A stretch of 32,000 bases of DNA from Acaryochloris marina S15 (GCF_018336915.1 NZ_CP064923.1:420001-452000); one strand, 5' to 3'. Shown: positions 8,454 through 18,795, numbered from the stretch's first letter. Numbers and translations: made by a program. The notes: a model not told the origin generated them from the sequence alone.

Positions 8454-9605
8454 TTACTTTGGCAAATATCCTTCGACTAGGCAATCTTCACCGACAATAT
8501 GCCAGCGCACCCGTTCTAGTTGAAGGGCTTCGGTCATTTTATTGAATCCCAAATCTCCCACAGGGGAAGGAGCATTTTGGCCCCCCACAATTTTGGGCGC
8601 AATAAAGGCCAAGACTTTCTGGACGGAACCATCTGCGATCGCACGGGCAGACAAAGTCCCTCCACATTCCCATAAGACTGACAGCAGCTCCTTCTGGCCT
8701 AGATAGCTCATCACCGTTTGTGGGGTGAGCTCATCTAAGTTCACGACTTCTACGCCCTGCTGTTCCAGATAGGCCTGTCCATCAGAATTAGGATGACCTT
8801 GGGTTAACACCATTGTAGGAGCGACGTCTGTTTCCCATAAATGTGCCGTTTGCGGCAAATCAAGGGTCCGGCTCAACACCACCCGCAGCGGATTATTGGG
8901 AGGCTGATGCGAATCGGTCTGGTGATGAGTTGTTAAATGGGGATTATCCCTGCGGACCGTATTGCCACCGACAATGACGGCATCACAGGTTGCCCGTAGT
9001 CGATGCACATGGGAGCGGGCGATTTCTTGGGTAATCCAAGTGCTATGGCCGGCTGTCGTGGCAATTTTGCCATCTAAGGTCATGGCATATTTAAGGATGC
9101 CAAACGGGCGCTGATATAAGACTCGATGAACAAAGGCCTCATTAACGCGTTGACAGTCAGACTCTTCCACCCCTGTGATCACCTGAATCCCTGCAGCCCG
9201 AAGTCGCTCAATCCCCTTGCCCGATACCCGTGGATCTGGATCGACCATCCCCACTACCACCGTGGCCACCCCCGCTTTCACCAGGGCTTCTGAACAGGGC
9301 GGGGTGCGACCAAAGTGATTACACGGTTCTAAACTGACATAGGCTGTAGCGCCTTTGGCTTTATCCCCTGCAGCTCTAAGGGCAAATACTTCGGCATGGG
9401 GTTCTCCAGCCTTGGGATGATAGCCTTCACCCACAATTTCTCCATCCCGCTCAATCACACATCCCACTAGGGGATTAGGACTCGTAAAACCAGCGGCCTG
9501 CTGAGCGAGCTGTAAACAGCGCTGCATCATTTGTTGGTGATGGGGATTACTGTTCACACCATTTGTTGAAGGAGTGGACTGGTCTGACAAAGGATGAATC
9601 TCCAT
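8454..9605 (-). CDS. ribD: bifunctional riboflavin biosynthesis protein RibD (pyrimidine deaminase / uracil reductase)
   Basis: Deaminase zinc motifs HAEVFAL and LEPCNHFGRTPPC, followed by a C-terminal reductase domain (ATLDGKIAT ... GGTLSARAI). Confidence 0.93.
   Translation of the reverse strand: MEIHPLSDQSTPSTNGVNSNPHHQQMMQRCLQLAQQAAGFTSPNPLVGCVIERDGEIVGEGYHPKAGEPHAEVFALRAAGDKAKGATAYVSLEPCNHFGRTPPCSEALVKAGVATVVVGMVDPDPRVSGKGIERLRAAGIQVITGVEESDCQRVNEAFVHRVLYQRPFGILKYAMTLDGKIATTAGHSTWITQEIARSHVHRLRATCDAVIVGGNTVRRDNPHLTTHHQTDSHQPPNNPLRVVLSRTLDLPQTAHLWETDVAPTMVLTQGHPNSDGQAYLEQQGVEVVNLDELTPQTVMSYLGQKELLSVLWECGGTLSARAIADGSVQKVLAFIAPKIVGGQNAPSPVGDLGFNKMTEALQLERVRWHIVGEDCLVEGYLPK
8635..8642. repeat. 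HIP1 octamer GCGATCGC
   Basis: Exact match read in the sequence. Confidence 0.95.
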
Positions 9606-9791
9606 TACGGCTATTCACTTATATAGGGCTACAAAAGGGCAGGCATATCCTTACTCTAGTTGAGCGTAACGTGGAATGGTGCTGAGGCGATATCAATCAA
9701 ACCCCTTTCTCCGATAATCGCAATAGATTGCCCCGGACGGCCTAGCCATCCGTGAGTACACTAGAAAGCGTGAATCAGGACTAAACGACCT

Positions 9792-10232
9792 ATGATTACC
9801 CCAATCCTTTCATTGCTCTGTGTCGGGGTATCCTATGGACTCCTCGGTTGGCACCTCTCGGCCTACCATATTGGCTGGGCGATGGGGTCTTGGTTCGTCG
9901 CGATTTCCCTCACCATCTTGCTGTTTTGGGGGGAAGAAGTGACCAAGCGGATGTTCCGTTTGGGACCTAGAGGAGTTGTCTCTATGCTGATTCTGAGTGG
10001 CATCATCACGATGGCAGTTGCAGCTTCCACTCTGTTTGGCATGATTGTGGTGCTGTTAGCTTCCCAAACCCTGGCACGGCTCGAATTACAATCGGCGGGT
10101 CTCAGTCGCCGGCTCACCCTTTTGCTGATGGTTGTTTTGTCTATTAGCACCCTCAGCGCTGGCTGGATAGCGGGTATTGATTACCCGAGTAGTAAATATT
10201 GGCTGACCTCTTTTCTGATGTCTGGGCAATAA
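9792..10232 (+). CDS. small integral membrane protein, about 4 TM segments, function unknown
   Basis: 146-aa ORF with four long hydrophobic stretches and no recognised family. Confidence 0.5.
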   Translation: MITPILSLLCVGVSYGLLGWHLSAYHIGWAMGSWFVAISLTILLFWGEEVTKRMFRLGPRGVVSMLILSGIITMAVAASTLFGMIVVLLASQTLARLELQSAGLSRRLTLLLMVVLSISTLSAGWIAGIDYPSSKYWLTSFLMSGQ

Positions 10233-10260
10233 AATCTACAACGATCATCTATTGCCAATA

Positions 10261-10317
10261 AAAAAGGGAAGCAATAAATTACTCCCCTTTACAACCTCAG
10301 GAATGGTTCCTGAGGTT
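10261..10317. terminator. tandem hairpins between the convergent genes 9792..10232 (+) and psbK (-); likely bidirectional terminator
   Basis: A perfect 11-bp stem, AACCTCAGGAA (10293..10303) / TTCCTGAGGTT (10307..10317), with a 3-nt loop. Next to it an AAAGGG/CCCTTT hairpin is followed, on the minus strand, by TTTTTTATT. Confidence 0.55.
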
Positions 10318-10382
10318 GATTTATAACTAAGACCTGTTAACGGTTTATTAATAAATCAACGGCTTATTAAAATGGGTGTTGT

Positions 10383-10520
10383 TTACTTAAAACCAACCGC
10401 TGCTTGCCAAACGAAAGCAAGCGCCAAAAAGAAAAGTGGAATAGCAGGCATAACATCCACAATCGGGGCAAAAACGGAGAAGGCTTCAGGTAGTTTCGCC
10501 AACAGCAGAACTGCTTCCAT
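10383..10520 (-). CDS. psbK: photosystem II reaction centre protein K
   Basis: The reverse strand encodes [45 protein letters not shown], then TAA. This carries the canonical PsbK propeptide and the FVWQAAVGF signature. At 45 aa it is below the ORF-track cutoff. Confidence 0.92.
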   Translation of the reverse strand: MEAVLLLAKLPEAFSVFAPIVDVMPAIPLFFLALAFVWQAAVGFK

Positions 10521-10562
10521 GAATAAATGTTCCTTCCAACATAGCTTTTTGAATCAATAAAT

Positions 10563-10571
10563 ATCTTAACA
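10563..10571 (-). promoter_or_regulatory. possible extended -10 element (TGtTAAGAT) for psbK
   Basis: The minus strand reads ...TTGATTtttggcagcaggtttcaTGtTAAGATatttattg... about 45 nt upstream of the psbK ATG. GGAAGGA lies 11-12 nt before the ATG. This is a motif match only. Confidence 0.3.
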
Positions 10572-10705
10572 TGAAACCTGCTGCCAAAAAATCAATCCTT
10601 GACCTAGGGATGGAAGGGCATGTAAGGGATCTACCCGTATAGTCTCTATACTCGCCGTTCCCATGAGTCCCTGTAAATGACTCTCATTAGATGCTTGAGA
10701 AACGA

Positions 10706-11866
<1,161 letters not shown>

Positions 11867-11900
11867 TCAGGTTTATCCTGCATGCCCAGAACGTTAAGAC

Positions 11901-11940
11901 AAAAAAACACCGACGCTCTTGCTAGAGAAGAAAGTCGGCG
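11901..11940 (-). terminator. candidate intrinsic terminator downstream of the 12033..12281 gene
   Basis: The minus strand reads CGCCGAC-(19 nt)-GTCGGTG followed by TTTTTTT. The stem is 7 bp including one G-U pair. Confidence 0.4.
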
Positions 11941-12032
11941 AATATAACTTGAAATAGAGTTTGTTTAGCAGTTGGTATTGAAACAACAGCTATGCTCATT
12001 AGCAGCGTGCTTAGAGACTGCTAGAAGTGGCT

Positions 12033-12281
12033 TCAGTAGAGAAGAACACCTGTTGGATGGTAAACCAGCCAGAGCTCTAAAGCATGGCGGGTGAGCAGCA
12101 ACAGGCTAGCGGATACGGACACGATAAACAAACCCATCATTAAGTTAGAGGTAAACAGCTCTAACCCTTGACTTTGCTGCGAGACATGGTCATTCAGATC
12201 TCTGATATCAGTATCGAGCTGCTCGAACTGATCCAGGATGCTTTGTTTGAAAGCATATGTATTTTGAGTAATCCAGGTCAT
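12033..12281 (-). CDS. small hypothetical protein with a C-terminal transmembrane segment
   Basis: I prefer the ATG at 12281 (MTWITQNTY...) because AGGAGG sits 6 nt upstream. This gives 82 aa with one hydrophobic segment (LMMGLFIVSVSASLLLL). Confidence 0.5.
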   Translation of the reverse strand: MTWITQNTYAFKQSILDQFEQLDTDIRDLNDHVSQQSQGLELFTSNLMMGLFIVSVSASLLLLTRHALELWLVYHPTGVLLY

Positions 12282-12741
12282 AGTTCCTCCTATGAGATTA
12301 CGCGAGGGAGCATCCATTGGTTAAAGATCCCAAAGGGCTGTGCTTAAGAAGATAGAAGGGTGCTGTAATAGCCACTTTCTACTGATTCTCAAGATCACTA
12401 AAGATGGCAAGCCTGAACCGATCGGAATCTGAGCTTTAGGCTATAGGTTCTTGGGTTCAAAGGCAATTTGCCCAACCTAAAATATATCAAACTTACTGAA
12501 CGCTACCCGTCTCCTCTGTCCTTCAAAGCGGAGATCTACCCTAAAACTATTTGGGTAAGGGTAGCCATAGAAGGTGACTCTGGGGTTATCTCCATTTCAC
12601 ACGCTATATTCAAAGACAAACCCTGTGCTCATCGTCTAGGGTAGATACTGATGTTGAGATGCAAACGTTAGCCGTTCATACTTCAACCCTTGCTTCTAGC
12701 CGTTCACCCGCTCAGACACTAACTTTTTAGGAAGACTTTGA

Positions 12742-13758
12742 ATGTCCCAATTGGGTAGTGGATTAACCCTATTTCTAAGCCTTATGGTTGAGGCCATGCC
12801 ATTTTTGATTTTTGGCGTGTTGGTCTCAGGCGTGCTGCTGATATTTATCGATGAGAAGCGGTTAGTTGCCATGTTTCCCAAAAATCCACTTTTGGGAGCC
12901 CTCTCTGGCAGTCTGTTTGGCTTTCTATTTCCGGTGTGTGAATGTGGGAATGTCCCTGTTGCTCGACGCTTGTTGATTCAGGGGGCGTCTGCGCCGGTGG
13001 CCATTGGCTTTTTGCTAGCAGCACCAACCATCAATCCTGTGGTGATTTGGGCAACTTGGACGGCATTTCCCGATCAGCCCGAGATTGTGATTTTGCGAGT
13101 GGTGTTTTCCTTTGCGATCGCAACTATTATCGGTTGGGTATTTAGCTGGCAATCCGATCTCAAACCCTTTTTGCAACCCAACATCGCGGCGCTAATGCCT
13201 GTTAGCTCCTCATCGGCAGAATCGACTGAGGTTCCAGGGCTATTAAAATCGGGGACTTACATCTTAAATCAAACCGGTAAACCGATTCCTCTTGAGGCCG
13301 CCAACTTGGACGCCGTTATGGCCATCGCTTCTCCACAACCTAAATCCCTATGGGATAAGCTCCCACTTTTGCTAGACAACACCATCCAAGAATTACGAGA
13401 GATGGGTGGTGTCTTAGTGCTGGGCAGCTTATTTGCAACCATCATTCAAGTATCAGTTCCCCGTAATATCATCCTTGCCATCGGTCAAGGCCCAGTGACT
13501 TCGGTATTTGCCATGGTGATTTTAGGGGGCATTATTTCTATCTGTTCGACAGTAGATGCGTTTTTTGCCCTTTCTTTCGCCTCCACTTTTACCAGTGGCG
13601 CCCTCCTTGCCTTTCTGGTCTTTGGCCCCATGTTTGACCTTAAAAGTATGGGCTTACTATTAATGGTCTTTAAACCACGGGCTGTTTTTTACATCTTTGC
13701 CATGATCTTTCAACTGACCTTGGTTTTTACCCTGATCATTAATCTATGGATTAGTTAA
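12742..13758 (+). CDS. permease subunit of a putative two-component membrane permease (COG0701 / ArsP_1-type)
   Basis: Polytopic membrane protein with the family-typical motif FPVCECGNVPVARRL. Confidence 0.8.
   Translation: MSQLGSGLTLFLSLMVEAMPFLIFGVLVSGVLLIFIDEKRLVAMFPKNPLLGALSGSLFGFLFPVCECGNVPVARRLLIQGASAPVAIGFLLAAPTINPVVIWATWTAFPDQPEIVILRVVFSFAIATIIGWVFSWQSDLKPFLQPNIAALMPVSSSSAESTEVPGLLKSGTYILNQTGKPIPLEAANLDAVMAIASPQPKSLWDKLPLLLDNTIQELREMGGVLVLGSLFATIIQVSVPRNIILAIGQGPVTSVFAMVILGGIISICSTVDAFFALSFASTFTSGALLAFLVFGPMFDLKSMGLLLMVFKPRAVFYIFAMIFQLTLVFTLIINLWIS
13114..13121. repeat. HIP1 octamer GCGATCGC
   Basis: Exact match read in the sequence. Confidence 0.95.
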
Positions 13759-13769
13759 AGACAGGCCCT

Positions 13770-14531
13770 ATGACAGCAAAACGTATGCGAACTAAACTGC
13801 TCCCTTACCTGTCAGAAGGGTTGGCGACGTTGGCCCTCTGCCTGTGGGGGATTTTGATCCTGCAATATTGGCGGTCTGGCAAACTGGGGCTGCTGATTCA
13901 TCCCAACTACTATGGCTTGACCCTTGCCGCAGGCTGTTTTCTACTGATGTTGACGAGTCTCCAGATCCTAAAACTCTGGCGACGGCGAGTTCCCATGCGT
14001 TCTCAGCACCTATCTTTACTATCGCCACCTGTGATGAGCGGTATTATGCTGACCGCTGCCTTGATTGGATTACTGGTTACTCCCCGGCCTTTTACGAGTC
14101 AAACAGCGATTCAACGGGGATTACAAGATAAAACCATGGTTACTCGGGCGAGCCCTCAAGCGTTCCGAACCACGAGTCAACCCGAAAATCGGACGCTGTT
14201 GGAGTGGATTCGCACCCTGGATGTTTATCCAGAACCCGATGCCTATGCCGGTCAAAAGGTGAATGTTGATGGTTTTGTTGTCTACCCAGAAGACTTGTCA
14301 GATAATTACTTCACATTGACGCGCTTTGTGATTAGTTGTTGTGCTGCAGATGCTTATCCTGTGGGTTTGCCAGTGAAGTTAAAGCAAAGTCGCAAAACCT
14401 ATGCAGTGGATTCCTGGCTGGCCATTCAAGGCGAAATGGTGACGGAGACCTTGAATGGCCAGCGCCAGCTTGTTATTCAAGCCCAGACTCTCAAATCTAT
14501 TCCTGAGCCGGATAATCCTTACTACTACTAG
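13770..14531 (+). CDS. TIGR03943/DUF1980-family partner subunit of the two-component permease
   Basis: It starts 11 nt after the permease gene. It has N-terminal TM segments and a C-terminal soluble domain with the conserved FTLTRFVISCCAADA (CCxxD) motif. Confidence 0.75.
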   Translation: MTAKRMRTKLLPYLSEGLATLALCLWGILILQYWRSGKLGLLIHPNYYGLTLAAGCFLLMLTSLQILKLWRRRVPMRSQHLSLLSPPVMSGIMLTAALIGLLVTPRPFTSQTAIQRGLQDKTMVTRASPQAFRTTSQPENRTLLEWIRTLDVYPEPDAYAGQKVNVDGFVVYPEDLSDNYFTLTRFVISCCAADAYPVGLPVKLKQSRKTYAVDSWLAIQGEMVTETLNGQRQLVIQAQTLKSIPEPDNPYYY

Positions 14532-15022
14532 AGATTGCTTCGACGTTTCACATAGTTTGTTGCTTAAAGCACAGTTCGGTGGAGGATTTTATCGCTACAG
14601 TAGCGCGTGAATGCTGTGAGTGCTCTGGCAAAGCTTAATTGTGGCTACCCTTTTTTCAGGCTGGATAAAATCCCGTATTTCTACGGAGAATAAGTAATTC
14701 ATCGATCAACTATATTCTTTCTAGAAAGATTAATTAAAGATTTCTTATATTACTTATGATTTATACACGGCAAGAGTTGTAACCACTTTGGTAAGAGTCT
14801 CAAAGTTGCTCTTTTTAACATTGAAGTATGATCAGTGATAATACTGAAGCCGTCTCGGGGCTTACTATGTTTGAGGGCATTAAGAAATTCTTTAGCCGTC
14901 AGCAGCACATGACCACCAATCTAGTGCTGTACATAAGCCTAAAGCTTGGGTCTTCGGCCTATAGCAGCATCTTCAACTTGTTTGACTATCAAGCAAGACT
15001 TAGTTATCGGGGGGAATGAAAG

Positions 15023-16243
15023 ATGCTTCAAACAAATTGTCTTCACTTAGGCAAACAAGAAGCAATGACCGCTTTTGATACTGGAGTTAAAAAATCTACA
15101 GCTGAAACCCTGAGGGATCTGATTCATGCATATCCTTCTGGCCGGGTTGTGATTCGAGATCCAAGTGATCTATCGATTGGATGGCGAGTCTCTTTCAGTC
15201 AGGGGCGGGTCAATTTTGCCGAAAGCATTGTGGGTAACCAAGAGCGCTTATCTTACTTACTACAGCGCTGCATGCCTCAGTTCGAGGGGTCTCACCCTCA
15301 AGAATCCGTTTCTGATTATTCTTTTCTCTGCCACCTGTGGCAAGCCGATTATATTTCCCATGATCAGCTCCGGGATTTGCTGACGGCCATCACCCAAGAA
15401 GCTCTGATTCATGCTTTGGCTATCCCCCATGCTCAGTATCAATTTGAGGCCAATATTCAGATTGACCCTATTTTGTTATGCATGTCTTTGTGGGATCTGG
15501 TCTTACCCGTTGAGCAGACGATTAATCAATGGACATTGCTCAGCGCTGAGATTCAATCTCCGTTTTCGCGACCCTATATTACCGATGCCGATAAGTTTGC
15601 TGAATATGCAGACTATGTTAGCGAAAGCCTCCCTCATCTGGACCATTTAACCCATGCTCTAGAACAAGAACAGTGCTTGTATCAGTTGGCCCATAACCTG
15701 AGTGTCAAAGTTGGCGATTTGGCCATTTCACTCCATCCTTTGATCAAATTAGGGGCATTAGGGGTGAACCCCTACCATATGGGTGAGGTATTGACTCGAC
15801 CTCGGGTGGCCTGTATCAATCAAAGCAAATTGACTCAGCGCTATGTAACTCAGGTCTTAGAGCCATCGGGCTATGATGTGATGCGTTTGAGTGATTCGAT
15901 TCGGGCATTGCCTGCCTTGCTCAAGCGTCCGCCAGTCCTCGCCCTAGTCGATGCAGAACTCCCTCATCTAGATGGCTATCAGCTTTGTCGGATGGTTCAT
16001 CGGCGTGACGCCCTACGGGAATTGCCGGTGATTATCATGGCTCCTCAACGAGGTATGTGTGACTTAATTCGCTCACGACTCTCGGGGGCGATGGCTTGTT
16101 TAGGGAAACCGTTTCACCATCAAGAGTTATTGGCATTAGTGCAGAAAGCAGCGGCAGCTTTACCCGTAGACCAGCAACAACAGTTACACTCTTTGCCGGT
16201 ATTAGAGGCCCAATCAGACTCCAAAGCACTGATCAAAGTCTAG
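15023..16243 (+). CDS. PatA-type response regulator (N-terminal PATAN/DUF4388-like domain plus C-terminal CheY-like receiver)
   Basis: The C-terminal ~120 aa align to the receiver fold (VACINQS...LALVDAELPHLDGYQLC...VIIMAP...CLGKPF). The N-terminus (GRVVIRD...WRVSFSQGRVNFAES...RLSYLLQR) follows the PATAN pattern. Confidence 0.7.
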   Translation: MLQTNCLHLGKQEAMTAFDTGVKKSTAETLRDLIHAYPSGRVVIRDPSDLSIGWRVSFSQGRVNFAESIVGNQERLSYLLQRCMPQFEGSHPQESVSDYSFLCHLWQADYISHDQLRDLLTAITQEALIHALAIPHAQYQFEANIQIDPILLCMSLWDLVLPVEQTINQWTLLSAEIQSPFSRPYITDADKFAEYADYVSESLPHLDHLTHALEQEQCLYQLAHNLSVKVGDLAISLHPLIKLGALGVNPYHMGEVLTRPRVACINQSKLTQRYVTQVLEPSGYDVMRLSDSIRALPALLKRPPVLALVDAELPHLDGYQLCRMVHRRDALRELPVIIMAPQRGMCDLIRSRLSGAMACLGKPFHHQELLALVQKAAAALPVDQQQQLHSLPVLEAQSDSKALIKV

Positions 16244-16343
16244 TTGGAGTTGTAAATACTTCTACCTTGTAGCAATCGGCAAGGACAAACAGCCTCCTGA
16301 CCTATAATAAAGTGTCTAAAAACTCCTCGATTTGGTCATCTGT

Positions 16344-17969
16344 ATGCCCACTGAATTGCAAACTGAGTTGGCTGATGCGGTAGAAGCTCGTCGCAATTTT
16401 GCGATTATTTCTCACCCTGATGCTGGTAAAACCACCTTGACGGAGAAACTGCTGCTTTATGGAGGCGCTATTCATGAAGCAGGGGCAGTAAAGGCCAGAC
16501 GAGCCCAACGCCATGCCACGTCTGACTGGATGGAAATGGAGCAACAGCGGGGGATTTCGATTACCTCAACGGTATTGCAGTTTGCCTATCAAAATTGCCA
16601 AATTAATTTACTAGATACACCGGGTCACCAGGATTTTAGTGAAGATACCTACCGCACTTTAGCCGCTGCCGATAATGCGGTGATGTTGGTGGATGCAGCC
16701 AAAGGCTTAGAGCCCCAAACCCGAAAGTTATTCGAGGTTTGTAAGTTGCGATCGCTGCCCATTTTTACCTTTATCAACAAACTAGACCGACCTGGGAGAG
16801 AGCCCTTAGAACTGCTGGACGAAATTGAGCAAGAGTTGGGACTGCAGACCTATGCGGTCAATTGGCCGATTGGCATGGGCGATCTCTTCCAAGGAGTGTT
16901 TGATCGACGCAGTCGAAAAATTCACCTGTTTCAGCGGAGTGATCATGGCAAACGAGAAGCCATCGACACCCAACTGGATTGGGGCGATCCACAAATTGAA
17001 TCTTTGCTAGATAAGGAACTCTATTCCCAACTCAAAGAAGAGCTGGAACTCATTGAAGAATTAGGGTCTCCCTTAGATCTTGAGCAGGTCCATAACGGCC
17101 AGATGACCCCCATCTTTTTTGGCAGTGCCATGACCAACTTCGGGGTAGAGCTGTTTCTGGAAGCCTTTCTCGACTACGCCTTGAAACCAGGGGCCTATGA
17201 GAGTACCCAGGGCACGATTGAGCCGACCCATGAGGATTTCTCTGGGTTTGTGTTTAAGCTCCAGGCCAATATGGATCCGAAACACCGCGATCGAGTCGCT
17301 TTTATTCGGGTCTGTTCAGGCAAATTCGAAAAAGATATGACGGTGAGTCATACCCGTACGGGCAAAAACATTCGGCTTTCCCGCCCCCAAAAGCTATTTG
17401 CCCAAGGCCGTCACTCCTTGGAAGAAGCTTATCCAGGGGATATTATTGGATTAAATAATCCTGGTGTTTTTGCAATTGGCGACACTATTTATCAAGGCAA
17501 AAAATTAGCTTATGAAGGGATTCCCTGCTTCTCGCCAGAATTGTTTGCCTACCTAAAAAATCCTAATCCTTCTAAGTTCAAGCAGTTCCAGAAAGGAGTT
17601 TCAGAACTGCGGGAAGAAGGCGCTGTACAAATTATGTACTCCGAAGATGAAATTAAGCGAGATCCGATCCTAGCAGCGGTGGGACAACTGCAATTTGAAG
17701 TGGTTCAATTCCGACTCCAAAGTGAATATGGCGTTGAAACTCGCTTAGAACTATTGCCCTATTCCGTTGCTCGGTGGGTGAAAGGGGGATGGCCTGCCTT
17801 AGAGTCGGTGGGGCGAATCTTTAATGCCATCACCGTTAAAGATAGCTGGGGGCGCCCTGTTTTATTGTTTAAGAATGAATGGAATTTGCATCAAATGCAT
17901 GGCGATCATCCTGATTTGGAACTGAGTGCGATTGCACCTTTGGCCATTGATCAAACGATGGTTAGCTAA
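16344..17969 (+). CDS. prfC: peptide chain release factor 3
   Basis: GTPase motifs [27 protein letters not shown] and NKLD, with RF3-type full-length architecture. The ATG at 16344 is preferred over the track's TTG at 16332. Confidence 0.94.
   Translation: MPTELQTELADAVEARRNFAIISHPDAGKTTLTEKLLLYGGAIHEAGAVKARRAQRHATSDWMEMEQQRGISITSTVLQFAYQNCQINLLDTPGHQDFSEDTYRTLAAADNAVMLVDAAKGLEPQTRKLFEVCKLRSLPIFTFINKLDRPGREPLELLDEIEQELGLQTYAVNWPIGMGDLFQGVFDRRSRKIHLFQRSDHGKREAIDTQLDWGDPQIESLLDKELYSQLKEELELIEELGSPLDLEQVHNGQMTPIFFGSAMTNFGVELFLEAFLDYALKPGAYESTQGTIEPTHEDFSGFVFKLQANMDPKHRDRVAFIRVCSGKFEKDMTVSHTRTGKNIRLSRPQKLFAQGRHSLEEAYPGDIIGLNNPGVFAIGDTIYQGKKLAYEGIPCFSPELFAYLKNPNPSKFKQFQKGVSELREEGAVQIMYSEDEIKRDPILAAVGQLQFEVVQFRLQSEYGVETRLELLPYSVARWVKGGWPALESVGRIFNAITVKDSWGRPVLLFKNEWNLHQMHGDHPDLELSAIAPLAIDQTMVS
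16748..16755. repeat. HIP1 octamer GCGATCGC
   Basis: Exact match read in the sequence. Confidence 0.95.
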
Positions 17970-18130
17970 GGAGTGCATTTCTACCAAAATCTATCCGGCA
18001 TTTGTTCTATTCCTCTAAAACTTTTAATAAAGTTGTTGTTAAATATGACAATGTGTTCCAAACATGCAGATTGTGAGGTTAATCCCTACAATGTGACAAT
18101 GAGCATTTATGCAGGGGTACACGACAGAGA

Positions 18131-18394
18131 ATGAGTAGTGGCGAGCTGCAAGGAAATCATCAGTTGTCTGAACGAGAGTTGCAAGTCATTGAACTGGTGG
18201 CTTCTGGCCTCAAAAATGAAGAAATTTCTCAGCGATTAGATATCAGCAAGCGAACAGTAGACAATCACATCAGCAATATCCTCACTAAAACCGATACTGA
18301 CAATCGGGTTGCTTTAGTTCGCTGGGCTTTGCAGTGGGGTAAAGTATGTCTCGATGATGTGAATTGTTGCACCCTACCTCAGGCTGAGCCCTAA
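18131..18394 (+). CDS. small LuxR/GerE-type HTH transcription regulator, PedR (Ssl0564)-like
   Basis: GerE HTH (LSERELQVIELVASGLKNEEISQRLDISKRTVDNHISNILTKT) followed by a Cys-rich tail (KVCLDDVNCC; Cys73/79/80). The PedR assignment is from memory. Confidence 0.8.
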   Translation: MSSGELQGNHQLSERELQVIELVASGLKNEEISQRLDISKRTVDNHISNILTKTDTDNRVALVRWALQWGKVCLDDVNCCTLPQAEP

Positions 18395-18438
18395 AAGATT
18401 TCGGCCCTACCCTGTTTGTTTCTAAAGACAGCATTATA

Positions 18439-18729
18439 GTGACCCACAAAGAATACGATATTCAATGTCCTGGTTTACCCTTAGCGATTTATCGTGAGAT
18501 TGCCGCCCATTTGCTGCAAGTGGATGGTGTTGAAACTGAGCTGTTGTCCCAAGAAGCCAAACATTTTGATTATTCCCTCAGCCAAATTGGTTGGTTAAGA
18601 CTTCGCCATCCCCAGGACTTGCCTGGCACTGACCAAGCGCGAATTGATCAAATTCTTGGCTTTTATGCCCAGCGTTATGGTGACTGGATTGCTCGGTCGG
18701 ATGCAGAATCGACTTCCAGCTCAACCTAA
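18439..18729 (+). CDS. hypothetical protein
   Basis: 96-aa ORF with a GTG start, 44 nt downstream of the LuxR-type gene on the same strand. No recognised motif. Confidence 0.45.
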   Translation: MTHKEYDIQCPGLPLAIYREIAAHLLQVDGVETELLSQEAKHFDYSLSQIGWLRLRHPQDLPGTDQARIDQILGFYAQRYGDWIARSDAESTSSST

Positions 18730-18795
18730 TCCATTGGTCTTGAGCGAGAAGTAGCAGCTCCATTTATAACAACTCATTTATCATCGGGAGAAGGG

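Noticed and set aside
10372-10560. 62-aa plus-strand ORF
   Set aside because: It is the antisense shadow of psbK.
12318-12741. Possible cobalamin riboswitch or Zur/Fur box upstream of the permease pair (a GCCACT string near 12375)
   Set aside because: There is only a partial B12-box-like hexamer. None of the other conserved riboswitch blocks is present, and there is no palindromic AT-rich metalloregulator box.
14828-15019. 63-aa ORF in the leader of the PatA-type gene
   Set aside because: It has no motif and no ribosome-binding signal, and it sits in AT-rich sequence where random ORFs are expected to be rare but not informative. It cannot be supported.
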